From the NCBI GenBank assembly GCA_002811645.1, contig PDIP01000023.1, positions 23,439 through 87,438 of the forward strand: a stretch of DNA of 64,000 bases. Direction: 5' to 3'. Source of the stretch: Corallochytrium limacisporum Hawaii (lineage: Eukaryota > Protista > Pluriformea). The notes under the pieces were generated by a model. That model had not been told where the DNA came from. It made no database searches and saw only the letters and a list, made by a program, of their open reading frames with translations. Position numbers and translations under genes: made by a program. Below, one piece after another: positions 35,501 through 45,345 of the stretch. Numbering within the stretch: the stretch's first letter is position 1; every line of letters begins with the position of its first letter.

Positions 35501-37194
35501 TTATACTGCCATGCCTCAGTGTCGCCTCCGACGTCAACACTATTAAGAACCCCGGCACCCGTCGCTCTCTGTTGCGAGCAATCATTGACTTCATTTGCAG
35601 CATTGATGAACAAGTCGGCGCCGAGTTATCCAGACGACAGTTGATGCCCTTGTTTGCCGTCTACTTCTCTACTGTGGCTGGACTCTACGAGCGGGATTTC
35701 GAAGGCTCACCAAACCAAAAGCAGAGTTCCATGGCCAGTCGTGCAGCAGTGCAGGTCTACAGCCCGGCACAGGCAGAGTATGCGTACCAGCGCTTTGTTG
35801 AGATGTATGGAGAAAACGCCTTTACCACAGAAATTGCGGGCGCGCAACTTGTTCTCCATGTCATTGAAGTGAATCTGTCGATGACCAGTCGTGCATCTAC
35901 AGCACAGAAAGCATATGAAGTGGAATGGGCCGACGACCAAGAGGTGCCTGAGGATATCGTTCTTCCAGACGATGCTGATATGGCGAAAAGAGGAAGCACT
36001 TCTGGGATTATGTCTGCAGTCCGTGCGGTGCAGTCCATGCAGGCAACCAAGGCGCGTCGTCGAGAGATCTTGCGCAATCTGGATCTAGCAAAGATTGGGT
36101 TGAGCGATTCTGTGCAGCTCTACCTGAAGCTTCATCTTGTCGACACTATGACAGATCGTGGTCGTATGGACCCTGCTCGCCAGGGGTTCCAGTTCAAGGA
36201 GCTGAAGATCCAAAGCCTCAAGTGCCACTACGGACCTATCAGGAGCATTGCCGTAAGTGAGAATGAGCGTTCATTCATGACTGCGGGCCGTGACAAGACA
36301 GTGAAACTCTGGTCGCTGAAACATGATGAAGAAGCCTACTACAACTCTCGGACATACAACGGTCACTCGAAGCCACTCCTTGGCTGCACATTCTTTGATG
36401 CCCGTGGTGACCTTGCTGCATCAAATGATGGAATGCTGCACATCTGGTCTGTGGAAACTGGACATTGCAAAGCGACAATGTCCGGACCCCGCGGCAGTAA
36501 CTACACGTGCATGGCCACCGTCAGTCCCCATTGTCTGGTGGCTGGTGCATCTAATGGCCTCATCACGATTTTGGATTCCCGTGAAAACCAAAGCCATGGA
36601 TCGCAGGCCTCCACATTCGGTGCGTTCCACCGCCGTATGATGCGCTGTGGACCATCTCTATCTGGTGCAATCCGCTCTATCGACTACACAAAGGACCGTG
36701 AGCAGATTGCGGTGGGCTATGCGTCTGGGGCCATCGCCATCCTCGATATGCGTGGAGGGAAAGTTATCGGCAACTGGAAGGCCCATGACTCTGAAATTAT
36801 GCAAATTGAATTCCTGGACTCCCTGCATGTAGTTGCCAGAACCGCAGACTCTGCGCTCACGTTTTGGTCCCTACAGATGCCCAGCCAGGCCCACGAACTG
36901 ATGCTGTGGCGCAGCAACACAGCCGGTGATGCAATGAACTATTTTCAACGCTACAAGACCAGCGTCTTCTCTCTTCTGAGCGGTAATCGCCTAGCTGTGC
37001 ACTCGAGTGTGATGATGGACAACCATCATCTACCGCTCAAACAAAGACTAGGACCCCAGACAGACACCAAGACGCAGGCCGTTGCTCTCCACCCGTCCAC
37101 TCTAAAAGGGATGGGTACCTGCTTCCGCATCATGCCGATCCATCAGCAGCTTGTGTTTGGATCGGATACCGGCATTGTTAGCATATGTGCCTAG
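32533..37194 (+). CDS. WDR81: WDR81-like BEACH and WD40 protein
   Basis: Kinase-like segment, BEACH (SNYQYL..LN..AGRR, PWVIDF, KGDEQLD, PDECIPEF, WIDLNFG), C-terminal WD40 repeats (DKTVKLWSL). Confidence 0.87.
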   Translation: MVSRAAIIVEQLGLPADQYVARAQDLGLGLGYVILVPHLWFDRLTQDLVFPGPCSDFVGSDADQGLAMPLEPGHARILLEPSVPPEHAWELRWTPVRLSYFTEDLSNQAQFVLNATTDAAPIISAKNGNIPKDDHEQSTPMYRQRHPNVDGVLACIDIDGNHLLLHRYYRHTLSDIAAFSARAAQNCLIRCTFMVYQMCHALLAAHCKDLIHGAIHPECLHVDDNFNVIVTGFLAGTTPQAVVHSPTRRLTSVTAFHDFSDIMDSWLYGSISNYQYLIVLNFMAGRRRGNPAHHPIMPWVIDFERANGNYRDLQKSKHRLQKGDEQLDLAYRTGLRHADPMKPAHHIVEPLSDLGYYTYLARRLPRAVLQRNVRKQWEPKEYPATIQRVYESAPDECIPEFFDDPTVFKSTHPDMGDLGIPSWAVSPEDFCDKHLRALESDEVSRNLHYWIDLNFGCLLSGKKSVENKNVASTIVDDHNLLKNHGFTELFTTSHPPRLIDVPDTLGRPLQRALHAFASDTQIHNETSLSGTPRMNTKFPRKNRSEEFSTPVASQDAPRVLSMLAQVSHLEDTRAFALSASISDVDETPVPSNANLQGEEAEIAKLRPPHYSRRLQMGFDMTMLGCVAAHLMLASSKQEASQSVGKRYIYTLRKLASDDTTLEDQTRIARFFAQVIMLLPHHLQDPLQKLLMASEEARHSEVFSAGALMVNSLSELPPYMPSYHAFITACNLAPDHALPAICADMANQVLGMQSEDPLTLIVPYYCTAIKVIEHDEHKLMHLLTILSNMLEPEFLSKYLRAALERKFESSPNLMMSWPMHNVIISCLGFNSYLEGFTHYTYENVCNPDPNVAKEACAVFTETLRFCGPYVGATRLLHPALLYWTSFVSGQSTQRHPLDPQSPRALNRASLMDTLHFMDACISAATSLYGDALLVRVLLPFLQSVTTTMVSSNGSPQREKQVTLLLMLMTWNMSSMSYRTLRDEGNWICDSIILPCLSVASDVNTIKNPGTRRSLLRAIIDFICSIDEQVGAELSRRQLMPLFAVYFSTVAGLYERDFEGSPNQKQSSMASRAAVQVYSPAQAEYAYQRFVEMYGENAFTTEIAGAQLVLHVIEVNLSMTSRASTAQKAYEVEWADDQEVPEDIVLPDDADMAKRGSTSGIMSAVRAVQSMQATKARRREILRNLDLAKIGLSDSVQLYLKLHLVDTMTDRGRMDPARQGFQFKELKIQSLKCHYGPIRSIAVSENERSFMTAGRDKTVKLWSLKHDEEAYYNSRTYNGHSKPLLGCTFFDARGDLAASNDGMLHIWSVETGHCKATMSGPRGSNYTCMATVSPHCLVAGASNGLITILDSRENQSHGSQASTFGAFHRRMMRCGPSLSGAIRSIDYTKDREQIAVGYASGAIAILDMRGGKVIGNWKAHDSEIMQIEFLDSLHVVARTADSALTFWSLQMPSQAHELMLWRSNTAGDAMNYFQRYKTSVFSLLSGNRLAVHSSVMMDNHHLPLKQRLGPQTDTKTQAVALHPSTLKGMGTCFRIMPIHQQLVFGSDTGIVSICA

Positions 37195-38238
37195 TTTAAA
37201 TCCCACTCTAGGCTGTCGAGGCGGTCATGCGAACACGCACTACGAGATACGGCACCTAACCGAGGGCCGCGCCCATCTTTCCGAATAGATCACAATGGAT
37301 TGCGTCATAGGCATCCATTAAGCACATCAGTGTGTTCCCAGCTCTTAAGAATCTACACCAAGCAAATCGATTCCTTCATTTCTTCATACATCCACACTGT
37401 TGAACGCACACCGTCTCCAACGATCGTCATAATTTCCGAGACCAGACATCCGAACTACACTTTCATCCCACGCTACTTCCCCGCGCATTTCTGTGTGCCC
37501 TCCGTATCTGCCTCTGGCGCCTTCCTCGCCCCGGTGCCCCCTTTGGGCCCGGTTTACCTACCCCAACTCGGATCGGCTTCCGAGAGCCCCTCTTGGGGAA
37601 GTCCCCCAGCCAAGAGATAGAAACCCCGAAAAGCCAAAGGGACTTGGCCTTCGTCCTTTCCCCCCTTCCCCCTCCTCCCTCCCTTTATCCGGGGCTCTCC
37701 TCCAGGGCGCCCGCACCTTTTTTTTTTTCAGGCAGACGCACGGCAAGAAAGTTAGGAGCCTTTGCGCACACCCCGTCTTTTTTTCTTAGTAGATTCAATA
37801 TGAAAAAGCCTGTCGGCCCACCCTGGCAACGCAGAGGGTGAGTCCGTAACAACCTCTGGAGGTGAAGGGAGCGGTGGGATCTGCGATTATCAGCAGCTGT
37901 GCCACTGCTTCAGCAGATGCCGCCGATGACGATCCGACCAGCTACTGTCTTATGACTGTGCCATCGCCACACTTGTCCATGCACGTATATGCACTCTCTT
38001 TTAGCAGAGTACGAGGTATATGAGGGATCGTTGGCCAATATGAATCGTTTGCGGTGTCACCATACCTCTAATGGTTTAAAGAACGTGGAAACATATGGGA
38101 TCATTGTGAGCGCTGGTCGCCAAGAATGTGCATTGGACTCAAACTAAAGCTGCACACAACGTACGGCTGCCTGTGAAGAGCAAAATTTAGCTTGGCTAAG
38201 CACGAGGCACTGGAATATTTGCGTATTCCAGTGTAATC

Positions 38239-39525
38239 ATGGCTCTCAATGTATACGACGCCGAACCTGGCCCACGGTTATCAATTGCGAACAGTGAGGC
38301 ATCCCTCCAGATTAACCCCAGTACACAGCATTACAGAGTTCTCGGGAAAAAGGGCGAGGGTACATTTGCTGAGGTTCTGAGTTGTAAAAATGTTGCCAAC
38401 GGGTGTTTAGTGGCGGTGAAGCGAATGAAGAATCCGGTCAAGAATCTCCACGAAGTCGAGAGCCAGAGAGAAATTCAGGCACTTAAACAGCTGCGCGGAT
38501 CACCACATATCGTTCAGCTCCGGGAGGTATGCTTCGACGAGCAGCAGAAAGAGCTGTGTCTGGTGTTTGACATGATGAATGAGAACCTCTATGAGTGTCT
38601 GAAGCGGAGGGGCGCACCTATGGGCGAGGCTGAGGCACGTCGGTACATGTATTCAACCATGAAGGCACTGGAATTCATGCATTCCCGGGGTATTTTTCAT
38701 CGGGATGTTAAGCCGGAGAACATTCTCTTGCGTGGCAAGACTGCGAAGCTGGCAGACTTGGGTAGTGTACGGGAGACGAATGTGCAGGGGCCACTGACCG
38801 AGTACATCAGCACTCGTTGGTACCGTGCGCCGGAGTGCCTATTGAGCAGTGGACAGTACGGAGCCAAGATGGATATATGGGCCGTGGGATGCGTCCTATT
38901 TGAAATTTTGACCCTTAAGCCATTGTTCCCAGGTTCCAATGAAGTAGACCAACTAAATAAGATACACCGGGTAGTGGGAACACCAGATCAAGACACTATA
39001 AGGCGATTGTGTGCCGGGCGGAGTCTCAAATGTAGCTTCACTAACTACCCAAAACGGAACCTTGCAGACATCATCGGACCGAAGATCAGCGGAGAAGCCG
39101 TCGACCTGATGGATAAGATGCTGGTTTACGACCCCAGTGATCGTCTTACTGCTTCCGAGGCTGTGAACCATCGTTGGTTTGCAGAAGTGCGCAACCGTGA
39201 CCAGCGCGCTCAGGCACTACAGTACGCTCGCCAGGTTCTGAATCAAGAGCAGGCAATGTCAATCACGCAAAATACATCTCATGCTTCTGCAGCTCAGCGA
39301 CAGAAGATGATGGACACGTATGCAGCTGCCAGCATAGGGTGTGGAGGTGGCAATTTGGTGCCTCTGGCCGTCATCCAGACCCAGAAACGTCTGGCTGAAC
39401 GCCGGAAACGTGAAGCTCAGCGTCGCAAGGCAGAGGAGGAGAAGAGAAGGGCGGCAAAGGAACCAAAGAAGCCCGTGATGCGGTCGAGTTTCGTGCCCCT
39501 TGCAACATTGTGGAGCCAGGGGTAG
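38239..39525 (+). CDS. MOK: MOK/RAGE-like CMGC (RCK family) kinase
   Basis: GKKGEGTF, REIQAL, IFHRDVKPENIL, activation loop TEYISTRWYRAPECLL, LFPGSNEVDQ. Confidence 0.88.
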   Translation: MALNVYDAEPGPRLSIANSEASLQINPSTQHYRVLGKKGEGTFAEVLSCKNVANGCLVAVKRMKNPVKNLHEVESQREIQALKQLRGSPHIVQLREVCFDEQQKELCLVFDMMNENLYECLKRRGAPMGEAEARRYMYSTMKALEFMHSRGIFHRDVKPENILLRGKTAKLADLGSVRETNVQGPLTEYISTRWYRAPECLLSSGQYGAKMDIWAVGCVLFEILTLKPLFPGSNEVDQLNKIHRVVGTPDQDTIRRLCAGRSLKCSFTNYPKRNLADIIGPKISGEAVDLMDKMLVYDPSDRLTASEAVNHRWFAEVRNRDQRAQALQYARQVLNQEQAMSITQNTSHASAAQRQKMMDTYAAASIGCGGGNLVPLAVIQTQKRLAERRKREAQRRKAEEEKRRAAKEPKKPVMRSSFVPLATLWSQG

Positions 39526-40059
39526 GAACTCACAGCACAGTACCCGAGGCAGGTGACAAGAATGTCGTACCAAGGACAGCACCCTCATCACCAGGTGCAT
39601 TTCCAGCAACGGTCACATCACAACCACCACCAACAGCAACAGCAGATGCGCATGTCGCACTGTCAGCAGCAGCAGAGGCGCTCCTATGGCGGCAGTCCCG
39701 TGCGCAGAGCACAACAGAAGCAGTTTGGACCACAGAAACATGCTGGACACAACAACATGTGCCAGGCGCAAAGCAATGAGCACCTTCAGCAGATCAACCC
39801 GATTGCGACCACCGTTGCACATTGTTCCCGCAAGCCTTACCAGACTTTACGTGGCAACGTTGGCAGCATTACAGACGCTGACGTGTTCATCAAGAAGATG
39901 GAGCATCGCCTGGGTAGTCAGTCGAGGCCGTCATACGCCACCGGTCTCTTTGGCGGCTTTGGTGGAGTCGGCTTCAGCGTCGGGGTCCACCAACAAAGCC
40001 GTACTAATGTCGTTCGTCGCCAGCAGACTCTTGGCTTTCAACGACGGAATTTGCCCTGA
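39526..40059 (+). CDS. In-frame Q/H-rich continuation after the kinase TAG (possible readthrough extension)
   Basis: Same reading frame as 38239-39525 and open for 177 codons directly after the TAG. Confidence 0.45.
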   Translation, partial: ELTAQYPRQVTRMSYQGQHPHHQVHFQQRSHHNHHQQQQQMRMSHCQQQQRRSYGGSPVRRAQQKQFGPQKHAGHNNMCQAQSNEHLQQINPIATTVAHCSRKPYQTLRGNVGSITDADVFIKKMEHRLGSQSRPSYATGLFGGFGGVGFSVGVHQQSRTNVVRRQQTLGFQRRNLP

Positions 40060-40589
40060 AACATTTTACATAACCGTATCAAAAGAACAGACCCATCAAC
40101 TTCTCGCGTTCCATAAGCTGTCAGATTGGACAAAACGCCTCGTCATGATGACGCACATACTTGTATTATACCCCGCGGACGGATGGACCATGCTCATCGC
40201 CACTCATGATCCTAGACCCAGAGACTCCTTTGGGGATCCTACAGCTGACGCTAGATCTAAAGATGTACAAGCAACTGGGAAGAACGTATCATCGGTACGC
40301 ACGACGCAAGGATGAATAGATACATGCCGGCAAAGCGGAAAGTAAGATCGCGCGGGTGAATTCGCAAATTGATGCAACCCTCGCGACCGATCGCAACCGG
40401 CCCGACCTTCTGTACGCCTTGCACCCGTCGTCACCGAATTTTTCCGCCCAAAAACCTAATCCTCCGTCCAATCGATGTACCCCTTTCACTACTGAACATA
40501 GGGCTGAATTTTATGCGCGCACACCCTTGATTGCGGGGTCGGAAATCATGAAATTTTTGCCACTGTTCCACCAGTAACTTTGGTATTTG

Positions 40590-40635
40590 CATAGTGAATG
40601 TACTGAAAGAATGATTTCCCCATAGTAAATATACT
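40590..40635 (+). promoter_or_regulatory. Pair of CATAGTRAATRTACT motifs upstream of the FAM161-like gene
   Basis: CATAGTGAATGTACT at 40590 and CATAGTAAATATACT at 40621. Confidence 0.6.
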
Positions 40636-40937
40636 CAAGTGAACCAAACCTCTCATTAATCAATATTTCCTTGGACCGGACTGTCGGGCAACCGGGGGGG
40701 AAAACGCGCAAAAAGGGCGGGACGGGTTTGGACGGTTGGGGGGGTCTCACTACACCGGCCCAAGGCAAAGTGGTGTACACGCATGCAAAGAAGTGAGTGT
40801 ACCGCCCAAGCCTTCAAAGTCCTCAGGGTATGTAAAGCTAGAAAGGAATAGATACATAAATAGACATTGAGCAGTTCACAAAGCGTGATCTATTATATGC
40901 GTAAGAAATATGTAAAGAGTAGTATGCAAACGCACAA

Positions 40938-42980
40938 ATGAGTCAACGGGAAGGATTTGATCCTTTGCTGGCAGCCCAGGAAGGGATGCATCGGAAGCCT
41001 GAAGCCGAGGGTCTACGGTCAGGCAGCCCAAATCATACCAAGCAGTCGTTTCTGCAACAGATTACGGAACTGAAAGCCCAGAAAGAACAAAAAATCGCTG
41101 AACTGCAAGCAGCATATTCGAAGCCCAGTCGGCAGAATTTGGAGTCCAAGGACCACGACGTAGGCCATGAAAGTGCCGCTGCCATTAGCGTCAATAACTA
41201 CATGGTAGAGAAGGCACAGGAAATGGATGCGTATGCTGTAGCTCGGGGATTTGGACCCAAATTGCCTGGCAGGAAAGAGACACTAGGTATTTCCACCGCC
41301 ACACTGGCTGCGCACCACCGGAGATTCGGTGTCGAAATGCCTGGTTATGTGGAGGAGTATCCAGAGTATAGAATCGAGGGACCCACTGGCTGGTCGGCAG
41401 CAGAAGGAGTGGAAGACAAGTACACTGAGCTTAACAATCGCCCGAAAGCTCGTCCTCAGAATGCCAGCAGCAGCCCGAACACGTCCATCATGTCAATTAA
41501 CACAGACTATGCCAGCTCCATGTGGCAAGAATTCAATCAGGGAGATGCTCTTCATGAAATGGCCAGAGAGCGTGTGGATCAGCGTCGGCGAAGGGAATCT
41601 GCTAAATTTCGTAAGCAAAAAGCAGAGAAAGAGCCTTGGTGGCCCGATCGAACCCCGATTCCAGGGCGGGAAATGCCCAAAGATCGTGGTCAGACTCGGC
41701 CACGCACTACGGTCGTCAAACCGTTCTTCCTGCGGGAAAAAGACCCCTTTAAGACGATGCGTCTTGCTCGCGAGATTGCAGAGAAGCGCCAGCAGAAAGA
41801 GGAGGCAGAACTTGCTGAATGTAGCATCCGGTTCAAAGCCACGCCCTTGGACCATGACATGCTCAAACCAAAATACGACAAAATGGTCACGCAGCAGAAA
41901 ACTCGTAGGAGAACAGTCAAGGAACACGGCCGTGATATTCTGGCAAGCAAAGAAAAGCCTTTTAGCTTCTACATGAGAGACCTTCGGGCAGCAGAGCGAA
42001 AGGAGCGTGAAGTCAAGCTAAGGAAGGAGAAGGAAGCTGCGGAGATGGAAGCAAGAAGGCGTTCTGGCTTCCGTGCAACCCCGATTCCTAGAGATGTCTT
42101 GGAACCAAAATTCAAGGATATGATGGCCCTGGACGAGGGATTGCGGCAGATGCGTATTAAGGAGCGCGCGACTAAGCTTCTCAAAGAGGCGCACGCCCCG
42201 GGATCGCTTGATTCGGTCCCGAAGAAGAAGTCTGTGTACCGGGACCCTGACGAGACTTTCGCTCCCAAGATCAACAAGCGTGTGCCTGACTTAGAACTAC
42301 CGACAACTGACCCCTTCAGCTTGGATGCTCGCGGCCCTCCACACAAGACAACCGATCGCGTGCTCTCACATTGCTCTACCAGTGTAGTTGATGTTTTTGG
42401 CACAGATGAAGAGCAAATGCGACTCGCACGCAGCATCCTAGGGCTTGATGATGAGGAAGGAGGCAGCAGCAACACTAGGACAGCCGCAAAATCAGACAGG
42501 GGGAGGAAAGGAACTAAACAGAAGACTCCTAGTCTGCACGCCAGTGGTCCACGACCAAGACAGACGCGCAGTCAGATGTTACGAGAGCTGGCCGCTCGTG
42601 AGCGGCTGTCCAAATTCAAGCGCGACCAAATTCCTGAGGGTAAACTATTGTCCGCGTCCGGGAGCGGTGGGCCGCACCAGTCCAAGAATCTGTATATTGG
42701 GTCACACTACAACGAACCCAGCGATCAACGTGCCCGCGAATTGAAAGCTCAGACACTCCAACAAGAGCAACGTTACCGGCGCCAACTTGAGGCCATGGAA
42801 GCCCGTATCAGCATCCGACCGTTCCTGTTTGAACGCGAGGGGGAGTATAATAGACGTGAGACCATGAAACAGCGAATCATCCACCACCTGGAGGACAAGG
42901 GAATGAATCCAACGGCTGAAACTGTTGACATGGACGAGATCGGCGATGGCTGGGATCGTCTGCCTGTCAAGACACGGTGA
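40938..42980 (+). CDS. FAM161-like (UPF0564) microtubule/centriole protein
   Basis: Repeated TVVKPF, FKATP, KPFSFY, FRATPIP and FAPKIN motifs and C-terminal RPFLFE within coiled-coil sequence. Confidence 0.75.
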   Translation: MSQREGFDPLLAAQEGMHRKPEAEGLRSGSPNHTKQSFLQQITELKAQKEQKIAELQAAYSKPSRQNLESKDHDVGHESAAAISVNNYMVEKAQEMDAYAVARGFGPKLPGRKETLGISTATLAAHHRRFGVEMPGYVEEYPEYRIEGPTGWSAAEGVEDKYTELNNRPKARPQNASSSPNTSIMSINTDYASSMWQEFNQGDALHEMARERVDQRRRRESAKFRKQKAEKEPWWPDRTPIPGREMPKDRGQTRPRTTVVKPFFLREKDPFKTMRLAREIAEKRQQKEEAELAECSIRFKATPLDHDMLKPKYDKMVTQQKTRRRTVKEHGRDILASKEKPFSFYMRDLRAAERKEREVKLRKEKEAAEMEARRRSGFRATPIPRDVLEPKFKDMMALDEGLRQMRIKERATKLLKEAHAPGSLDSVPKKKSVYRDPDETFAPKINKRVPDLELPTTDPFSLDARGPPHKTTDRVLSHCSTSVVDVFGTDEEQMRLARSILGLDDEEGGSSNTRTAAKSDRGRKGTKQKTPSLHASGPRPRQTRSQMLRELAARERLSKFKRDQIPEGKLLSASGSGGPHQSKNLYIGSHYNEPSDQRARELKAQTLQQEQRYRRQLEAMEARISIRPFLFEREGEYNRRETMKQRIIHHLEDKGMNPTAETVDMDEIGDGWDRLPVKTR

Positions 42981-43178
42981 GTAGGAACCTACAAATTCAA
43001 TCCCATAGCAGAGTCGATAAAACAAGTGTTTCTGTATTATATTGTGTTTTGTTGTGAATGTGTTGTGGATGCGATGATGTGATGATAGAGAGTCTGTGAT
43101 TACAGGAAAAGGAATGTGAAAGGAGCTAAACTTTGAAACAATGATTGGGCTTTTTCGAGTTTGACAAATTTTAAGAAT

Positions 43179-44156
43179 TCACTTCTTCTTTCCATCCCGG
43201 AAAACACCGATAACAACGGCATGATCACGCTCGTAAGGTTCCAGAGTCAGCTGTTCCAGAGGACGGATACCCATCTCCTGCATCTTCTTGACTTCCATGG
43301 CAAACACAGTAGCAGCCTCCACGGTGGAGTCAATGCAGTTCGCTTTGATGGAAATCACGACGTGACCTCCGTTCTTCAGGAAATTATTGGCGTTGAGGGC
43401 CACAATACGAGCCTGATCGGGCTGTGCAACATCAGCAAAGATGCAGTCAACCATACCAACAAGCATGCGGTATTTGTGAGGGTGACGGGCATCCTCGACA
43501 ATGGGAATGACGTTGGTCCGCTTCTTGGCCATGTTGACCAGGTCACGACCAGAACGGTGGCTGAACTCCACAGCGTAGCAGAGACCCTCGGGTCCGACAA
43601 TGTCACTAACGTGGGACACGGTGGTGCCGCTCGCCGCACCCAGGTACAGGACCTTGGAACCGGGCTCCATCCAAATGCTCTCTACACCACCAATGACAGC
43701 AGCAGCCAGCTTACTGCGGAAAGGATTCCACACGCGATACTCAATCTTGGTATCACCCTCCTCGACGCTAATGCGTTTCTCACCATAGACACTCTCGCCA
43801 GGGGCCATGTTTTTGGTCACGATGGCTTGCTCAGGCTTGCCCTTGGCAATGTAGATACCTTTGTGACGGTGGGGTTCGATAACGAACTTGGCTCCAGGTC
43901 CGGAGCCGCCACCACGGGCACCACCACGTCCACCACGGGCACCACCGCGTCCTCCGCGACCGCCAGGGCCTCCACGACCACGGCCACCGCCACCGCGGCC
44001 TCCACCGAAGCCGCCCCCGCGGCCTCCACCAAAGCCTCCACGGCCACCGCCACGGCCTCCACCACGGCCTCCACCAAAACCTCCACGGCCACCGCCACCT
44101 CCACGACCGCCACGGGCACCGCCACGGCCACCTCCACCACGACCTCCACGGAACAT
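43179..44156 (-). CDS. FBL: Fibrillarin (rRNA 2'-O-methyltransferase)
   Basis: N-terminal RGG/GAR domain, [40 protein letters not shown]. Confidence 0.98.
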   Translation of the reverse strand: MFRGGRGGGGRGGARGGRGGGGGRGGFGGGRGGGRGGGRGGFGGGRGGGFGGGRGGGGRGRGGPGGRGGRGGARGGRGGARGGGSGPGAKFVIEPHRHKGIYIAKGKPEQAIVTKNMAPGESVYGEKRISVEEGDTKIEYRVWNPFRSKLAAAVIGGVESIWMEPGSKVLYLGAASGTTVSHVSDIVGPEGLCYAVEFSHRSGRDLVNMAKKRTNVIPIVEDARHPHKYRMLVGMVDCIFADVAQPDQARIVALNANNFLKNGGHVVISIKANCIDSTVEAATVFAMEVKKMQEMGIRPLEQLTLEPYERDHAVVIGVFRDGKKK

Positions 44157-44844
44157 GATGCTTATTAAGAGGACTCTGAACTGACTACTTCCCTGGAAAT
44201 AAGCTCAACTGAAATGTTGAATAATTAAAATCTTATTTGGATTTCAAATTGTATCCTGATCAATGCTCTTCAAATAGGTCTTATAGATGAACATTAGAGT
44301 GTTGCAATGTGACAGTTATTACTTTACGCATAAACTCACAAACCCGTAAAATTTAGAAACGAAGTGCAACATCGAGGGTCTGGTTTTTCGACACTCACGC
44401 AGTGTACGAGGATATACATACACCGACCCCAATATCTGTACACCTAGAACAATGTGTCTCCACCACACACTCAGCCGTTTTGACCCAATGCGGGTCTTGG
44501 TATACTCCTCTTTCCACAAGGAGTGTACGTACAGGCAGGGCTGCGTGTGCCGTGTTGTGTGGGTGTAAGCGCGAAGTAAATCCAGTGAATGGTGTGCACC
44601 ACGTGCGGCAACGTTGACTGTGTGGGTCTTTCCAAACCCCCCCCCCCTCTTCTTCTCTCTTTTGACCCCAACCACCCCTCGCTGAAATGGGGTGCCCGTA
44701 AGGCAAGACCCCACTCGTGGTCCTCTCCGGTACTTTACGCTTGCCACCACCCCTGCGCACTGCGCCAAGCACAACAGCAGTGAGAGAAACACGGAGCGTG
44801 TTGCTGGCTCGCCACTGCGGAGGAGTCCCAAGACTCGTCCCTGG

Positions 44845-44858
44845 ATAGTGAATGTACT
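44845..44858 (+). promoter_or_regulatory. ATAGTGAATGTACT motif between FBL and the Chs5-N gene
   Basis: Exact copy of the core seen at 12491, 28446 (minus strand) and 40590. Confidence 0.55.
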
Positions 44859-45345
44859 GAGAGGCACCCCCAGAAGCCAAGGGCCCGCACCAACATGGTT
44901 GGTCCAGGGGCTTTTTGTTTGAACAATCCCATCAAGTAATAAACTGATACCCTCGTTACCATAATTAATCACGAAATTATAAGTTGGTATCGTAAAATCT
45001 GCCTGCCCCTTGGCGCGCCGTTTCATACCGAATACCCCACACAACGGCACTTGAATTCTGAGCCATTGCCTACTGTCGGGACGGTCCGAGTGCGGCAAAA
45101 GCCACAACAACAGGTTTAGGCGGCCGCAACGATCCACACAGCTGGCTAGGGAATAGTCACTAGTTCAGAACCGAGTTCGCGACCAAGCCCATGGTAAGGT
45201 ATGTCTAATCTGAACCAGAGCTTACTATGTTCGCTGATGAACTCAAATAAATTCTGACAGTTCAGAAGAGTTAACACGCCTGACGAGAATATGTGAGGGG
45301 TCCACAGCAACCAGTCTATTGCTCACATTTGTACATCTCTAAACG

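Noticed and set aside
39523-39525. Genome-wide TAG reassignment
   Set aside because: TAG terminates NCBP1, WDR81, SUA5, the carrier and the HDEL protein at their expected ends.
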